Assembly (NCBI GenBank): GCA_007127745.1
Contig: SKYV01000020.1
Coordinates: 62 to 64,061, forward strand
Reading direction: 5' to 3'
Length of the DNA: 64,000 nucleotides
From: Balneolaceae bacterium
GTDB taxonomy: Bacteria > Bacteroidota > Rhodothermia > Balneolales > Balneolaceae
Made by a program: the position numbers and the translations under genes. Each line of letters begins with the position of its first letter. The first letter of the stretch is position 1. Shown here in pieces: positions 29,736 through 39,710 of the stretch. The notes beneath the pieces were generated by a model. It was not told the DNA's origin. It was given only the letters and a program-made list of their open reading frames with translations, and did no database searches.

Positions 29736-30731
29736 TTACATCTCCTGATCAATCAAAAAGTTGCAACCCCGACGATTTTCCGGATGCCACCGCCCCAAAA
29801 CCTTGAATTCTCCGGATTGATTCATCACACCTCTGTCTTCCGTCAATATAAACGAGCACGAGTGCAGATTGGCCAAGTCAATAATGCCGATTTTCCCCTC
29901 CTCTCCGGGGCTGCACAGTTTTGCGGGCTGATCAGCATGTCGAACGGAAACGTGAACCCAATGTGGTGAGGTGAACCACTTTCCGGAGAGAGCATACATC
30001 TGGCTCAATAACTCACACATTCCATATTCTGAGTGAATCTTTTCTGATTTAATTCCAAATCCCTCAGACAGACTACCCCGTAATTCAGATTTTGTCATCT
30101 CCCGGCGGTACGTTTTCATGCCGCCGGTTTCCAGGATATCAGTGTTTTCAGGAAAATGATATCGTTGATCTTCGGCTAAATCCATCAAGCCGAATGCAGC
30201 ACCGAACAAAAGAATTTTTTTACCCTTTTTTTCCGCCCGTTCTTTCCAGGCCTCAAATTCATTTGGTTCTTCAGGTAAAAAGGTATTGAGCCCGTCAGTA
30301 TTATCATCTATGAGATGCTTTGCCATCCAGATGAGTGATGAGTCAGGATTATCCCGATAACCCGGCATATAGCAAGCAAGAGCGTAATAATCTGGCGGAA
30401 AATGCCGGTAAAATTCCGTTTTAATCGATGTTTTATATATATCGGGATTTGCAATAGGATGAGTACTGCGCTCCATCCCGGACGTACCACTGCTTTTAAA
30501 AACAAGCTTTGGCTTAAGTCCCCCACAAAGAAGTGATTTTTCCTTAAAAGCACGAATTGGCAAAAGTGGTATTTCTGCCGGATTCAATTCGGACTCAGAA
30601 CTTAGTCCATAGACCTCAAAGAAGGTTTTTAGAACCGAATTATTTTTCGCCTGATAACGAAAAACCCTGTTACATCTCTCTTCGAACGAAAGCTTTTCAT
30701 TGAAAATAAATTCGTGAGAGATCATGTCCAT
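29736..30731 (-). CDS. LuxE-like acyl-protein synthetase
   Basis: IPLLPIRAFK, FKSSGTSG, SSL.WM, LLFG..F.L, ETGGMK, EYGMCELLSQ, DLAN.HSCSFI.TED.G, VLGR and RGCN. Confidence 0.85.
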   Translation of the reverse strand: MDMISHEFIFNEKLSFEERCNRVFRYQAKNNSVLKTFFEVYGLSSESELNPAEIPLLPIRAFKEKSLLCGGLKPKLVFKSSGTSGMERSTHPIANPDIYKTSIKTEFYRHFPPDYYALACYMPGYRDNPDSSLIWMAKHLIDDNTDGLNTFLPEEPNEFEAWKERAEKKGKKILLFGAAFGLMDLAEDQRYHFPENTDILETGGMKTYRREMTKSELRGSLSEGFGIKSEKIHSEYGMCELLSQMYALSGKWFTSPHWVHVSVRHADQPAKLCSPGEEGKIGIIDLANLHSCSFILTEDRGVMNQSGEFKVLGRWHPENRRGCNFLIDQEM

Positions 30732-30812
30732 TTCATAAATAAATTCTGAAATTCAGAAGAAAATCAGTGGTTTGATTTTTTCAGATTCAGAAAATTGAGA
30801 ATTTTGGCCGGA

Positions 30813-32105
30813 TCAGGATTGAATTCGTTTCAGGCCTTTTGCACCAATATCCTTTCGATAGTAACAGCCATCAAAATGGATCTTTTCAACATTGGCATAG
30901 GTGTGATCGATGGCCTCTTTTAACGTATTACCTGAGCCCACTACATTCAAAACTCTTCCACCATTTGTTAAAATATTTCCATCTTTTTCTGAAGTACCTG
31001 CGTGGAATATGATGGCATTTTCAGCAGTATTATCCAGCCCGGTGATATTTTTGCCTTTATCATATTTACCGGGATAACCCTCACTGGTCAATACCACACA
31101 GCAACGGTACTGATTGTCCAGCTGAATGGATTTTTCATCGAGGCGCTGCTCAGTGGCGGCAATAATCAGATCAAGCAGATCATTTTCAAGAGAAGGCAAT
31201 ATTACCTGACATTCAGGATCACCAAAACGGCAGTTGTATTCCACTACTTTTGGGCCGTTTTCGGTAATCATCAATCCAACATATAGAATGCCAAAATAGG
31301 CTTTTTCTTCGAGCTGCATTCCTGTAATTGTGGGCTCAATGATCTCGTCCTTAACCTGTTCAAGGATTTCACTGGATAAAACGGGTGCGGGTGAATAGGC
31401 TCCCATACCCCCGGTATTCAAACCGGTGTCGCCATCTCCAATTCGTTTATGATCCTGGGCATTATGAATTATGTGGGACGTGTGGCCGTCTGATATCACA
31501 AAAACCGAAGCTTCCTCGCCTTCTAAAAACTCTTCAACGACAAGGCGCTGAGCAGCCTCAGACAGTGTACTGTCCTTTTTAATATAAAGAAGCCGCTCTT
31601 TTACTTCGTCTTCATTGTCGCAAATAAAAACGCCTTTCCCCCCCGCAAGTCCGTCCGCTTTCAGGACAATTGGGTAAGTGTCTTTGGTTTGAATAAATTT
31701 CAATGCATCGTCAAAGTCATATGTGTCAAAAACAGCAAAATCAGCAGTCGGAATATTATGCCTTGTCATAAATTCTTTGGCAAATTCTTTACTGCCTTCG
31801 AGCATGGCGGCTGATTTCTGGGGCCCGAATACCGGAATATCCTTTTCTTCAAGATAATCGGTAAGGCCTGCAACCAGCGGAGCTTCGGGACCAATTATGA
31901 CCAGTTCCACTTTTTTTTCTTTTACAAAGTCTGAAATATCTTCAAACTTCTGAACATCAAGTGATACATTTTCTCCGAATTGAGCAGTACCCGGATTGCC
32001 GGGAGCAGTGTAAAGTTTCCCGAGTTTATCGGACTGCCCCAGCTTCCAGGCAATGGAGTGTTCCCTTCCACCACCGCCAATTAACAATACATTGTATTTA
32101 TCCAT
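30813..32105 (-). CDS. purD: Phosphoribosylamine--glycine ligase
   Basis: IGGGGREH, APGNPG, GPEAPL, KADGLAGGKGV, NTGGMGAYSP and EYNCRFGDPE. Confidence 0.97.
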   Translation of the reverse strand: MDKYNVLLIGGGGREHSIAWKLGQSDKLGKLYTAPGNPGTAQFGENVSLDVQKFEDISDFVKEKKVELVIIGPEAPLVAGLTDYLEEKDIPVFGPQKSAAMLEGSKEFAKEFMTRHNIPTADFAVFDTYDFDDALKFIQTKDTYPIVLKADGLAGGKGVFICDNEDEVKERLLYIKKDSTLSEAAQRLVVEEFLEGEEASVFVISDGHTSHIIHNAQDHKRIGDGDTGLNTGGMGAYSPAPVLSSEILEQVKDEIIEPTITGMQLEEKAYFGILYVGLMITENGPKVVEYNCRFGDPECQVILPSLENDLLDLIIAATEQRLDEKSIQLDNQYRCCVVLTSEGYPGKYDKGKNITGLDNTAENAIIFHAGTSEKDGNILTNGGRVLNVVGSGNTLKEAIDHTYANVEKIHFDGCYYRKDIGAKGLKRIQS

Positions 32106-32111
32106 GAATTT

Positions 32112-32876
32112 TTAAATTGATTCCGAGATCTCAATAATCTGGCTGAAACTGTCTGCCTTTAGGCTTGCACCGCCAATCAGTCCGCCGTCAACATCAGTTT
32201 GAGTAAGCAATTCTTCAGCATTTGCCGGTTTCATACTGCCGCCGTATAAAATTCTGATTTTTTGACTCACTTCATCACCCAATTTTTCTGAGAGAAGACT
32301 TCGGATGTACTGGTGCATTTCCTGGGCCTGTTCCGGGCTTGCTGTTTCACCGGTTCCGATAGCCCATACCGGCTCATAAGCGATGACGAACTGATCTGAA
32401 ACATCACCTTCCAACAGATCAAGAACGGCATTCACCTGCTCTTTTACTACATCTTTGTGTTTTCCGGATTTTCTTTCTTCAAGCACCTCGCCTACACAAA
32501 CAATGGCTTTCAGGCCGTCATCAATCACTTTTTTGGCTTTTTGTGCTACCAATTCACTGGTTTCATGAAAATATTCCCGGCGCTCTGAATGGCCAACAAT
32601 CACATAGTCGCAGTTAGCATCTTTCAGCATGGATGTGCTGATTTCTCCGGTGTAGGCTCCGTTGTCTTCGGTATGCACATTTTGTGCTCCAACTTTAAAC
32701 TGAGTTCCCTCAAATTCGTTGTTCACTGCTGCTATGGATACAAACGGCGGGCAAATTAATGCCTCCGATGTAAAAGATTTTCCCTTCCATATTCCGGCCA
32801 TTTCATTGGCCAATTCACCGGCTTCGGTTGGTCCGGCATTCATTTTCCAGTTTCCTGCTATTAAAAAAGTTCTCAT
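32112..32876 (-). CDS. tpiA: Triosephosphate isomerase
   Basis: AGNWKMN, GHSERR, AYEPVWAIGTG and GGLIGGASL. Confidence 0.98.
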   Translation of the reverse strand: MRTFLIAGNWKMNAGPTEAGELANEMAGIWKGKSFTSEALICPPFVSIAAVNNEFEGTQFKVGAQNVHTEDNGAYTGEISTSMLKDANCDYVIVGHSERREYFHETSELVAQKAKKVIDDGLKAIVCVGEVLEERKSGKHKDVVKEQVNAVLDLLEGDVSDQFVIAYEPVWAIGTGETASPEQAQEMHQYIRSLLSEKLGDEVSQKIRILYGGSMKPANAEELLTQTDVDGGLIGGASLKADSFSQIIEISESI

Positions 32877-32882
32877 AATTTT

Positions 32883-34244
32883 TTATTCATTAATTGTTGT
32901 TATTTGCTGTAGTCCCCTGACTACATCATCATATTCATTTCCAATGTACCTTCTGATGATATTCCCGTCTTTGTTGATCAAAAACCGGGTAGGTACACGG
33001 TTTACGTTTAAAATATCAATAATTTCATCTGCATTGAAAGTGTTTGGGTGGGCAACATGCCACAACCGGCTTCTTTCTTCGAAAAATGCTTCGAGAGTCA
33101 CTGGTGTTGTTGCTATCGGTATGGTAATAATTTCCAGATCAAAATTTCTGTAAATCTGATAAATCGCCACAGTTCTGTCAAACTGCTGCTGATAGAGCCG
33201 GTTATCGAGCCGGGTTATTTCAATTAAAAATGGACGGCCTGCAAGTTCATCGGTGTTCATCGAATCTCCGGCAGTGGTTCGAAAACCAATAGAAGGAAAT
33301 GGAGCTCCGGGCGCCAAAAACTCAAGATCATAGCTGATATTTTCTGCCCAGTCGATTACCTGTTCATTGTCGGAATAAGCGGCCCGGAACTGCTGAAGTA
33401 GCTGATTGGCATCATTGGTTCGTGAACTGTCGTACAGCAGCTCGATGGTGTGCATTTCCAGATCCATCAATTCAGATCTCGATTCCGTTTTTTCTTTTAA
33501 TTCATTTAAAAATGCCAAAGCCCGGTCGAGCCCCTCTGTTTCGGCATAATATTCCAGCAGAGTAGTTCGTGTTCCCGGCAGAAGAGAGTTGTATTGATCC
33601 AGAACGATATTTGCCCGTTCTACCATTAATGAGTCGTTCCAGCCTCTTAAAATCGAAAATGCACTCTCTCCTGCTATTTTTGATGCATATGTGTCGGGAT
33701 TATCTTCAAAAATTTCCCAGTAAATGTCACTCCATTTCTCAAGTTCGGCCTGAATACTGTCTGCTGATAATCCTCCGGCATTGATAAAACTTGCCACTCG
33801 TGAAAAACTTCGATCTACCCGGTCAAATGTTTGATAAATATCATTTTCGTATGAGCTAATTTCAATATTCTCAACCAGGTTGGGAATTCTTCCTTCAATG
33901 TAAACAGAATCGTCTTTAGCCAGAATTAAATTGATGTAACCAAATGTGTTTCGGCTTCTGGTTACGATGAATGGATACATATCTTTCTCATGAAACCGGG
34001 CAGTTCCCTCAAAAAAACCGGAACTGTCGGTTTGAGCGATAAAGAGTGTATCAGTCTGGCCGGCATCATTTTGCAGGGTGCTTATCAGCTGTATTCCACT
34101 GTTATCCCCGCTTGCATCAATCTGTTCGTCAACAGAAATGTTGCCGCTAATGTATGTCGATTTCGCCACATCTTCTTCTTCCCTTGCACAAGAAAAGAGT
34201 ATTAGCGAAGATACCAATAAAAGAATGAATGATTTAATGTTCAT
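32883..34244 (-). CDS. TlpA/ResA-like lipoprotein with C-terminal thioredoxin fold lacking CxxC
   Basis: Lipobox LFSC; LAPGAPFPSIGF..G and VPTRFLINKDG.I; no Cys in the mature protein. Confidence 0.75.
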   Translation of the reverse strand: MNIKSFILLLVSSLILFSCAREEEDVAKSTYISGNISVDEQIDASGDNSGIQLISTLQNDAGQTDTLFIAQTDSSGFFEGTARFHEKDMYPFIVTRSRNTFGYINLILAKDDSVYIEGRIPNLVENIEISSYENDIYQTFDRVDRSFSRVASFINAGGLSADSIQAELEKWSDIYWEIFEDNPDTYASKIAGESAFSILRGWNDSLMVERANIVLDQYNSLLPGTRTTLLEYYAETEGLDRALAFLNELKEKTESRSELMDLEMHTIELLYDSSRTNDANQLLQQFRAAYSDNEQVIDWAENISYDLEFLAPGAPFPSIGFRTTAGDSMNTDELAGRPFLIEITRLDNRLYQQQFDRTVAIYQIYRNFDLEIITIPIATTPVTLEAFFEERSRLWHVAHPNTFNADEIIDILNVNRVPTRFLINKDGNIIRRYIGNEYDDVVRGLQQITTINE

Positions 34245-34273
34245 GCAGTGTGCAATAATTTTGAAATACCCCT

Positions 34274-35725
34274 TTATTCGGCATCAAGTTTAGATGATAT
34301 AATTTCCCGAACCTGTTTCGGATTGGCTTTTCCCTTCGATTTTTTCATTACCTGCCCGATAAAAAAGCCAATGAGTGCTTTTTTTCCCTCTTTGTATCGG
34401 GCCACTTCATCAGGATTGGAACGAATCACTTCTTCAATAATTGGCTCAACAAACCCACTGTCGGAAACCTGAATCAGATTCAGGTTTTCAGCCAGTTTTG
34501 CCGGAGCTTCATCACTGCTGAGCATTTCATTAAAAATGGTCTGCATTGCTGATGAGTTGATTTTGTCTTCCAGTTTCAGAGAAATCAATTCTGTTATTTG
34601 ATCTGTAGTTACTGAAAATTCTTCTATGGAGATGCTTTGATTGTTGAGCACTCTCAGCACTTCCGTCAGTATCAGGTTTGCAATGGCATTTGGCTCGTTC
34701 AGTTTTGAGAGTGCTTCTTCGTAAAAATCAGCAAGCATCCTGTCTTCAGTCAAAATCGTAGCTTCATCACGGTTCAGTCCGAGTTCGTTTACGAATCGTT
34801 CAAGGCGTACGTGCGGAAGTTCGGGCAGTTCCGATTTAATTTCATCACGCAGCTCATCGCTGACAATCACCGGGGGCAAATCCGGCTCAGGGAAGTATCT
34901 GTAATCGTGTGCCTCTTCTTTGGTCCGCATCTGGCGGGTCACCAGTTTGGAGGGATCCCACAACAATGTTTGCTGAACCACTTCGCCTCCCGATTCAACC
35001 AGTTCAATCTGTCGCTCAATCTCAAACGTAAGCGCTCGTTCAACGTTTCTGAACGAGTTCATATTCTTCAGCTCGGTTCGGGTTCCAAGTGTTTCAACTC
35101 CGCGTTTCCGGATCGAGACGTTGGCATCGCACCGAAGGCTGCCTTCTTCCATGTTACCGTCACATACTTCAAGATATTGTACAATTTGACGGATTTTTTT
35201 TAGGTAAGCATATGCTTCCTGCGGTGTTCGTAAATCCGGCTCCGAAACAATTTCAATGAGTGGTGTACCGGCACGGTTCAAATCAACCAGTGTGTGATAC
35301 GGGTCCTGGTCGTGAATGGATTTACCGGCATCCTCTTCCATGTGGATTCTGGTGATACCGATAGTTTTCGTGTAGTCGTCCAGTTCAATTTCTATTTCCC
35401 CGTCGAAGCAAATCGGGGTTTCATATTGAGAAATCTGATAACCTTTTGGCAGATCGGGATAGAAGTAATTTTTTCTGGCAAAGATCGACTTTTCCGCAAT
35501 ACTGCAGTTTGTTGCCAAGCCCATCTTCAACGTATATCGAACCAGATTTTCGTTCAATACAGGAAGTGTGCCCGGGTGGCCAAGACACAGTGGTGTTATT
35601 TGTGTATTGGGTGCGCCGCCGTATGCCGGAGAAACTGCCGCAAAGGCTTTTGTTTGAGTAAGTAGCTGGGCATGTACTTCGAGGCCAATCACCGCCTCAT
35701 ACTTGTCATTGGATATTGTGGACAT
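34274..35725 (-). CDS. gatB: Asp-tRNA(Asn)/Glu-tRNA(Gln) amidotransferase subunit B
   Basis: VIGLEVHAQL, RKNYFYPDLPKGYQISQ, HMEEDAGK, DLNRAG.PL.EIV and YRYFPEPDL. Confidence 0.98.
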   Translation of the reverse strand: MSTISNDKYEAVIGLEVHAQLLTQTKAFAAVSPAYGGAPNTQITPLCLGHPGTLPVLNENLVRYTLKMGLATNCSIAEKSIFARKNYFYPDLPKGYQISQYETPICFDGEIEIELDDYTKTIGITRIHMEEDAGKSIHDQDPYHTLVDLNRAGTPLIEIVSEPDLRTPQEAYAYLKKIRQIVQYLEVCDGNMEEGSLRCDANVSIRKRGVETLGTRTELKNMNSFRNVERALTFEIERQIELVESGGEVVQQTLLWDPSKLVTRQMRTKEEAHDYRYFPEPDLPPVIVSDELRDEIKSELPELPHVRLERFVNELGLNRDEATILTEDRMLADFYEEALSKLNEPNAIANLILTEVLRVLNNQSISIEEFSVTTDQITELISLKLEDKINSSAMQTIFNEMLSSDEAPAKLAENLNLIQVSDSGFVEPIIEEVIRSNPDEVARYKEGKKALIGFFIGQVMKKSKGKANPKQVREIISSKLDAE

Positions 35726-35865
35726 TCTATATTTTAAAGTTCCTCTGTTAACAGCTTATAAAGATAATAAAGTAATTAAAGAATGTAATGATGAATCTGT
35801 CTGTTTTACTGTTTAATGTATTAGCTGATGTTCAATGACCTTGAAATTTTTGTGATAAAAGAAAA

Positions 35866-37155
35866 TCAATCATCAATAGCCTGAAATACAAGATGACGAA
35901 ACTTCCATGATGTATCATCATCAGAATTTCCACGGGTTTGTTTTAGCAAAATTCCGATAACCTGTTCATTCGGATCAGCAAAATAGAGCGTATTAAAATA
36001 CCCGCCCCAATCGAATGTCCCTGCACTGCCCTGTCCGCCTGAGCTTTCACCTTTTTGGTTTAAGACCCCAAAAGCCAGACCGTGATCTCTGCCGGGATCG
36101 CCGAGCAGATCCCCGATTTGATTTTGCATCATAAAGTTGATGGTAGTTCTGCTTAGCAATCGAATACCATTTAATTCGCCGTTATTCAGATACATCTGCA
36201 AAAATGTTGCGTAATCAGTGGCTGAACCAGAAAGACCGGCACCTCCGGAAAAGTAAGTTTTTGCACCGCTGCGGGGGTATTCAGCATCGTAATATTCTGA
36301 TGAATAATACACCCACTCTCCGTCTGTTTTCTGCTGAACCGGTACAAGCCTGTGATGTTTGGTTCCCGTTAAATAAAACCATGTATCCTCCATACCGAGC
36401 GGTTCAAAAATCCTTGTTCGAAAAAATTCATCCAGCGGCATGCCGGACATCACTTCAACAAAATAACCCAGAACATCTACTCCCTCACTATAGGTAAACC
36501 GTTCTCCCGGATTGTGATGCAGGGGAAGTACTGCCAGCCTTTTTACATTCTCTTCAATAGTAAGATCTTCTGTAGTAAACAAATCAACAATGCCGGCTTT
36601 TTGATAGATCTTGCGAAAGCGTTCATCTCCGTCAATAATTCCGTAGCCTATGCCGGATGTATGTGTGAGTAAATGCCGAATGGTAATCGGATTATCGGCC
36701 GAAATGGTTGTATAAGTAGTATCTTCTGCATTGAAGGTATCCAAAACCTGTGCCTCTGCAAATTCGGGCAGATATTTTGAAATGGGATCATCGAGCCTGA
36801 ATTTGCCTTCCTCCCAGAGCATCATAACTGCCGTGGAAGTAATTGCCTTAGTTTGAGAGGCAATTCGGAAAATATCATCTTTCTGCAGCTCCCTTCCGCC
36901 TTGATTGTCGGCCATTCCAAATGCATTGTGATAAATAATTTTTCCGTCTCGGGCAACAAGAGCTACAGCACCGGGTATTTGGTCCTCATTGATTGCATTT
37001 ATGAGCATTTCATCAATCCGCTGCAACCGCTCGTCAGACATTCCGGTATTTGCGGGAAGATCAGTTGTAAGTGGCGGAGAATGGTGAACGGATTCTGTTT
37101 GTGCAATAGCAGAATATGAGATAAATGAGATCAGCAGAACGAGGATATATTTCAT
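35866..37155 (-). CDS. Secreted serine hydrolase, beta-lactamase (class C-like) family
   Basis: Signal peptide, FRIASQTKAITS (SxxK), LLTHTSG, YSEG and WGGYFNT. Confidence 0.9.
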   Translation of the reverse strand: MKYILVLLISFISYSAIAQTESVHHSPPLTTDLPANTGMSDERLQRIDEMLINAINEDQIPGAVALVARDGKIIYHNAFGMADNQGGRELQKDDIFRIASQTKAITSTAVMMLWEEGKFRLDDPISKYLPEFAEAQVLDTFNAEDTTYTTISADNPITIRHLLTHTSGIGYGIIDGDERFRKIYQKAGIVDLFTTEDLTIEENVKRLAVLPLHHNPGERFTYSEGVDVLGYFVEVMSGMPLDEFFRTRIFEPLGMEDTWFYLTGTKHHRLVPVQQKTDGEWVYYSSEYYDAEYPRSGAKTYFSGGAGLSGSATDYATFLQMYLNNGELNGIRLLSRTTINFMMQNQIGDLLGDPGRDHGLAFGVLNQKGESSGGQGSAGTFDWGGYFNTLYFADPNEQVIGILLKQTRGNSDDDTSWKFRHLVFQAIDD

Positions 37156-37268
37156 TTGTTTAGAAGTTTCGGTTAGTGGATAATTTATTCAAAATAATAT
37201 AATGGAATAAATGGTAATGGCTTGGCCATGGTCGAATTAATTAAATTTTACCAGATTTTTCTGTGGAT

Positions 37269-37961
37269 CTACTCTTTAAATAAGGATGGATTTTTTTTTA
37301 TGAATTTCTGAATCATCGATTTTATGAAAAACCCTTTGCCTTTCTTCAGATACCAGTATCCCGAAATACTCACCACGAATGCCCCGATGGCATTCACAAT
37401 CATATCCCACATCGTATCGGTCAGGCCTGATGGATCATCCCACATCGGTTTTTGCATATTTAACCCAAAAAGCTGATCCATACTGTACTCAAATATTTCC
37501 CAGAATGTGCCAATAGTAACCGCAAATGTAAAAGCAAAAAAGGCAATAAAACCCGGTTTCATTCTTACATCTACCCTGGATGTTTCGTTTAAAATGTAAA
37601 CAAGCAGAAAGCCAAGAATTCCCATCATAAGCCCTGCCGTAGTGTGAAGGGCAATATCCCACCACCAGATACGCTCGTAAAACTGCTGAATTTCTCCCAG
37701 GTAGAGAGCGGCAAATGCAAAAATGACTCCTAATAAATGGAGTTCGGCCGGTAGTTCAACATCAATCCTTTTTTTAAATATTACCGGTGCAAACAGTACA
37801 GAAATAATCAGTGTAACCAAAAAAAGCGAAAGCCACTCACCGTCAAAAAGCAGAAAAATCCACTCGATCATCATAATTACAAGCAGAAACCAAACGACAA
37901 TTTTGTGGGCTCGGTTCTCGTCTTTAAAAAGGATGCGTAAATATGATTTAGATAATTTCAT
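37269..37961 (-). CDS. Membrane protein, DUF2238/VanZ-like
   Basis: About 5-6 TM helices with WWDIALH, FWEIFEY and DTMWD motifs. Confidence 0.6.
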   Translation of the reverse strand: MKLSKSYLRILFKDENRAHKIVVWFLLVIMMIEWIFLLFDGEWLSLFLVTLIISVLFAPVIFKKRIDVELPAELHLLGVIFAFAALYLGEIQQFYERIWWWDIALHTTAGLMMGILGFLLVYILNETSRVDVRMKPGFIAFFAFTFAVTIGTFWEIFEYSMDQLFGLNMQKPMWDDPSGLTDTMWDMIVNAIGAFVVSISGYWYLKKGKGFFIKSMIQKFIKKNPSLFKE

Positions 37962-38150
37962 CTGGTGGTTTGATGGCTATTTGTAGCTTTTTCAACTTAA
38001 AATTAATCAATACTGGAACTATTCTCAGTTTAATACTGCTCTTTTTTGTTTTGTATAAAGTGAAAATTTCGAATGATAAGTCGCCATATCAGCTTCATGT
38101 TTGATGCGGGTTTGCTTACCTTTATTCTTTCTAAATAAAAATAGCAACTT

Positions 38151-39617
38151 TTGGCAGTTACAAATCAAGCCTCAACATATGATGCGGTGATTGTGGGATC
38201 CGGTCCCAACGGACTCGCTGCAGGAATTCGTCTTGCTTTGGAAGGATTGAGTGTAAAAATTTTTGAGGCGGCCGATACCATTGGCGGTGGAATGCGAACC
38301 TCGGAATTGATGAAAACCGGGTTCAAACACGATATCTGTTCAGCTATCCATCCAGTAGCAGCATCGTCGCCATTTCTGAAACAACTGCCTCTGGATAAAC
38401 ACGGACTTCAGTGGGTCCATCCCATCCACCCTGCCGCTCATCCGCTTGATGGTGAAAACACCATCATTCAATACAGTGATCTGGAAGAAATGACTTTCCA
38501 TCTGGAAAGTGACGGTAATCAATACAAAGAAATTGTTAAACCGCTTTTGGAAAATTGGGATGAATTAACCCGTGATTTTTTAGGTCCGCTGCGATATCCC
38601 GATAATCCGATGCAAATGGCATCTTTTGGGCTGAAGGCACTGCAGCCTGCCTCAATGTTTCAAACCAGATTTAAACTGGAACGAACAAAAGCGCTCTTTG
38701 CAGGAATGGTTGCCCACAGTATGCTTCCGCTCGATTATTGGTCTACCACAGCAATAGGCCTTGTCTTTTGGGGAACGGCACACACCGGCGGCTGGCCAAT
38801 GCCCAAAGGCGGTTCTCAGTCACTGGCTGATGCAATGGCCCGGTATTTTAAATCGCTGGGCGGAACAATTGAGACCGGTTGCGAAATCAAACGTGTACAG
38901 CAACTACCAAAAACCAAAGCGGTTTTATTTGATTTAACTCCGCTTCAAATATTGCGTATTGTGGCCGGAGATTTCCCGCTCGAATATCGGCGTAAACTAA
39001 ACAAATTTCGATACGGACCGGGCGCCTTTAAAATAGATTATATTTTGAAAGAGCCTGTCCCCTGGCGGGATTATGAGTGCAGGCGTGCGGGAACCGTTCA
39101 CCTCGGCGGTACTTTTAATGAAATTGCTGAAGCGGAAAACAGAACCAATCAGGGGCATCATCCTGATCGCCCGTTTGTTTTGGTGGCACAGCAAAGTCTG
39201 TTTGATTCGACCAGAACTCCGGATGACAAACATACACTCTGGGCCTACTGCCATGTTCCTAACGGTTCTGTTACAGATATGACAGAAGCCATCGAAAATC
39301 AGATTGAGCGTTTTGCTCCCGGTTTTAAAGATATTATTGATGAAAAATCAACGATGAATACGGCAGATTTTCTGCAATACAACGCCAACTACATTGGGGG
39401 AGATATTAACGGAGGCAAGCAAAATCTGGGTCAACTTTTTAAAAGACCAACCAACATCATAAATCCATACAAAACTCCGGCAAAAGGGATTTATATTTGT
39501 TCGTCTTCTACCCCGCCGGGTGGTGGTGTTCACGGTATGTGTGGTTTCCATGCTGCCAATGCAGTATTGAAAAAAGAATTTGGAATCAAAAAATCTGACT
39601 GGAAATTCAAGTATTAA
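38151..39617 (+). CDS. FAD-dependent oxidoreductase, phytoene desaturase-related
   Basis: VGSGPNGLAA, IGGG, HDICSA.HP, GWP.PKGGSQ, GGDI.GG and SSSTPPGGGVHGMCG; TTG start. Confidence 0.9.
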   Translation: MAVTNQASTYDAVIVGSGPNGLAAGIRLALEGLSVKIFEAADTIGGGMRTSELMKTGFKHDICSAIHPVAASSPFLKQLPLDKHGLQWVHPIHPAAHPLDGENTIIQYSDLEEMTFHLESDGNQYKEIVKPLLENWDELTRDFLGPLRYPDNPMQMASFGLKALQPASMFQTRFKLERTKALFAGMVAHSMLPLDYWSTTAIGLVFWGTAHTGGWPMPKGGSQSLADAMARYFKSLGGTIETGCEIKRVQQLPKTKAVLFDLTPLQILRIVAGDFPLEYRRKLNKFRYGPGAFKIDYILKEPVPWRDYECRRAGTVHLGGTFNEIAEAENRTNQGHHPDRPFVLVAQQSLFDSTRTPDDKHTLWAYCHVPNGSVTDMTEAIENQIERFAPGFKDIIDEKSTMNTADFLQYNANYIGGDINGGKQNLGQLFKRPTNIINPYKTPAKGIYICSSSTPPGGGVHGMCGFHAANAVLKKEFGIKKSDWKFKY

Positions 39618-39710
39618 TTAGATGTCGAATTTTACGTTCAATAAAAATCTGGTGGTTTCTGATATAATGTGCCTTTGTACCGAAAAATTATCAGATAGCC
39701 GTTCAAACAT

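Noticed and set aside
28659-30731. Bioluminescence (lux) operon
   Set aside because: No luxA, luxB, luxD or luxG in the window; the reductase/synthetase pair alone cannot emit light.
38118-38140. Second Fur-like box (tctaaataaa) upstream of the desaturase/Fe-permease unit
   Set aside because: Only a half-site (about 12/19 to the core), not palindromic, in AT-rich DNA.
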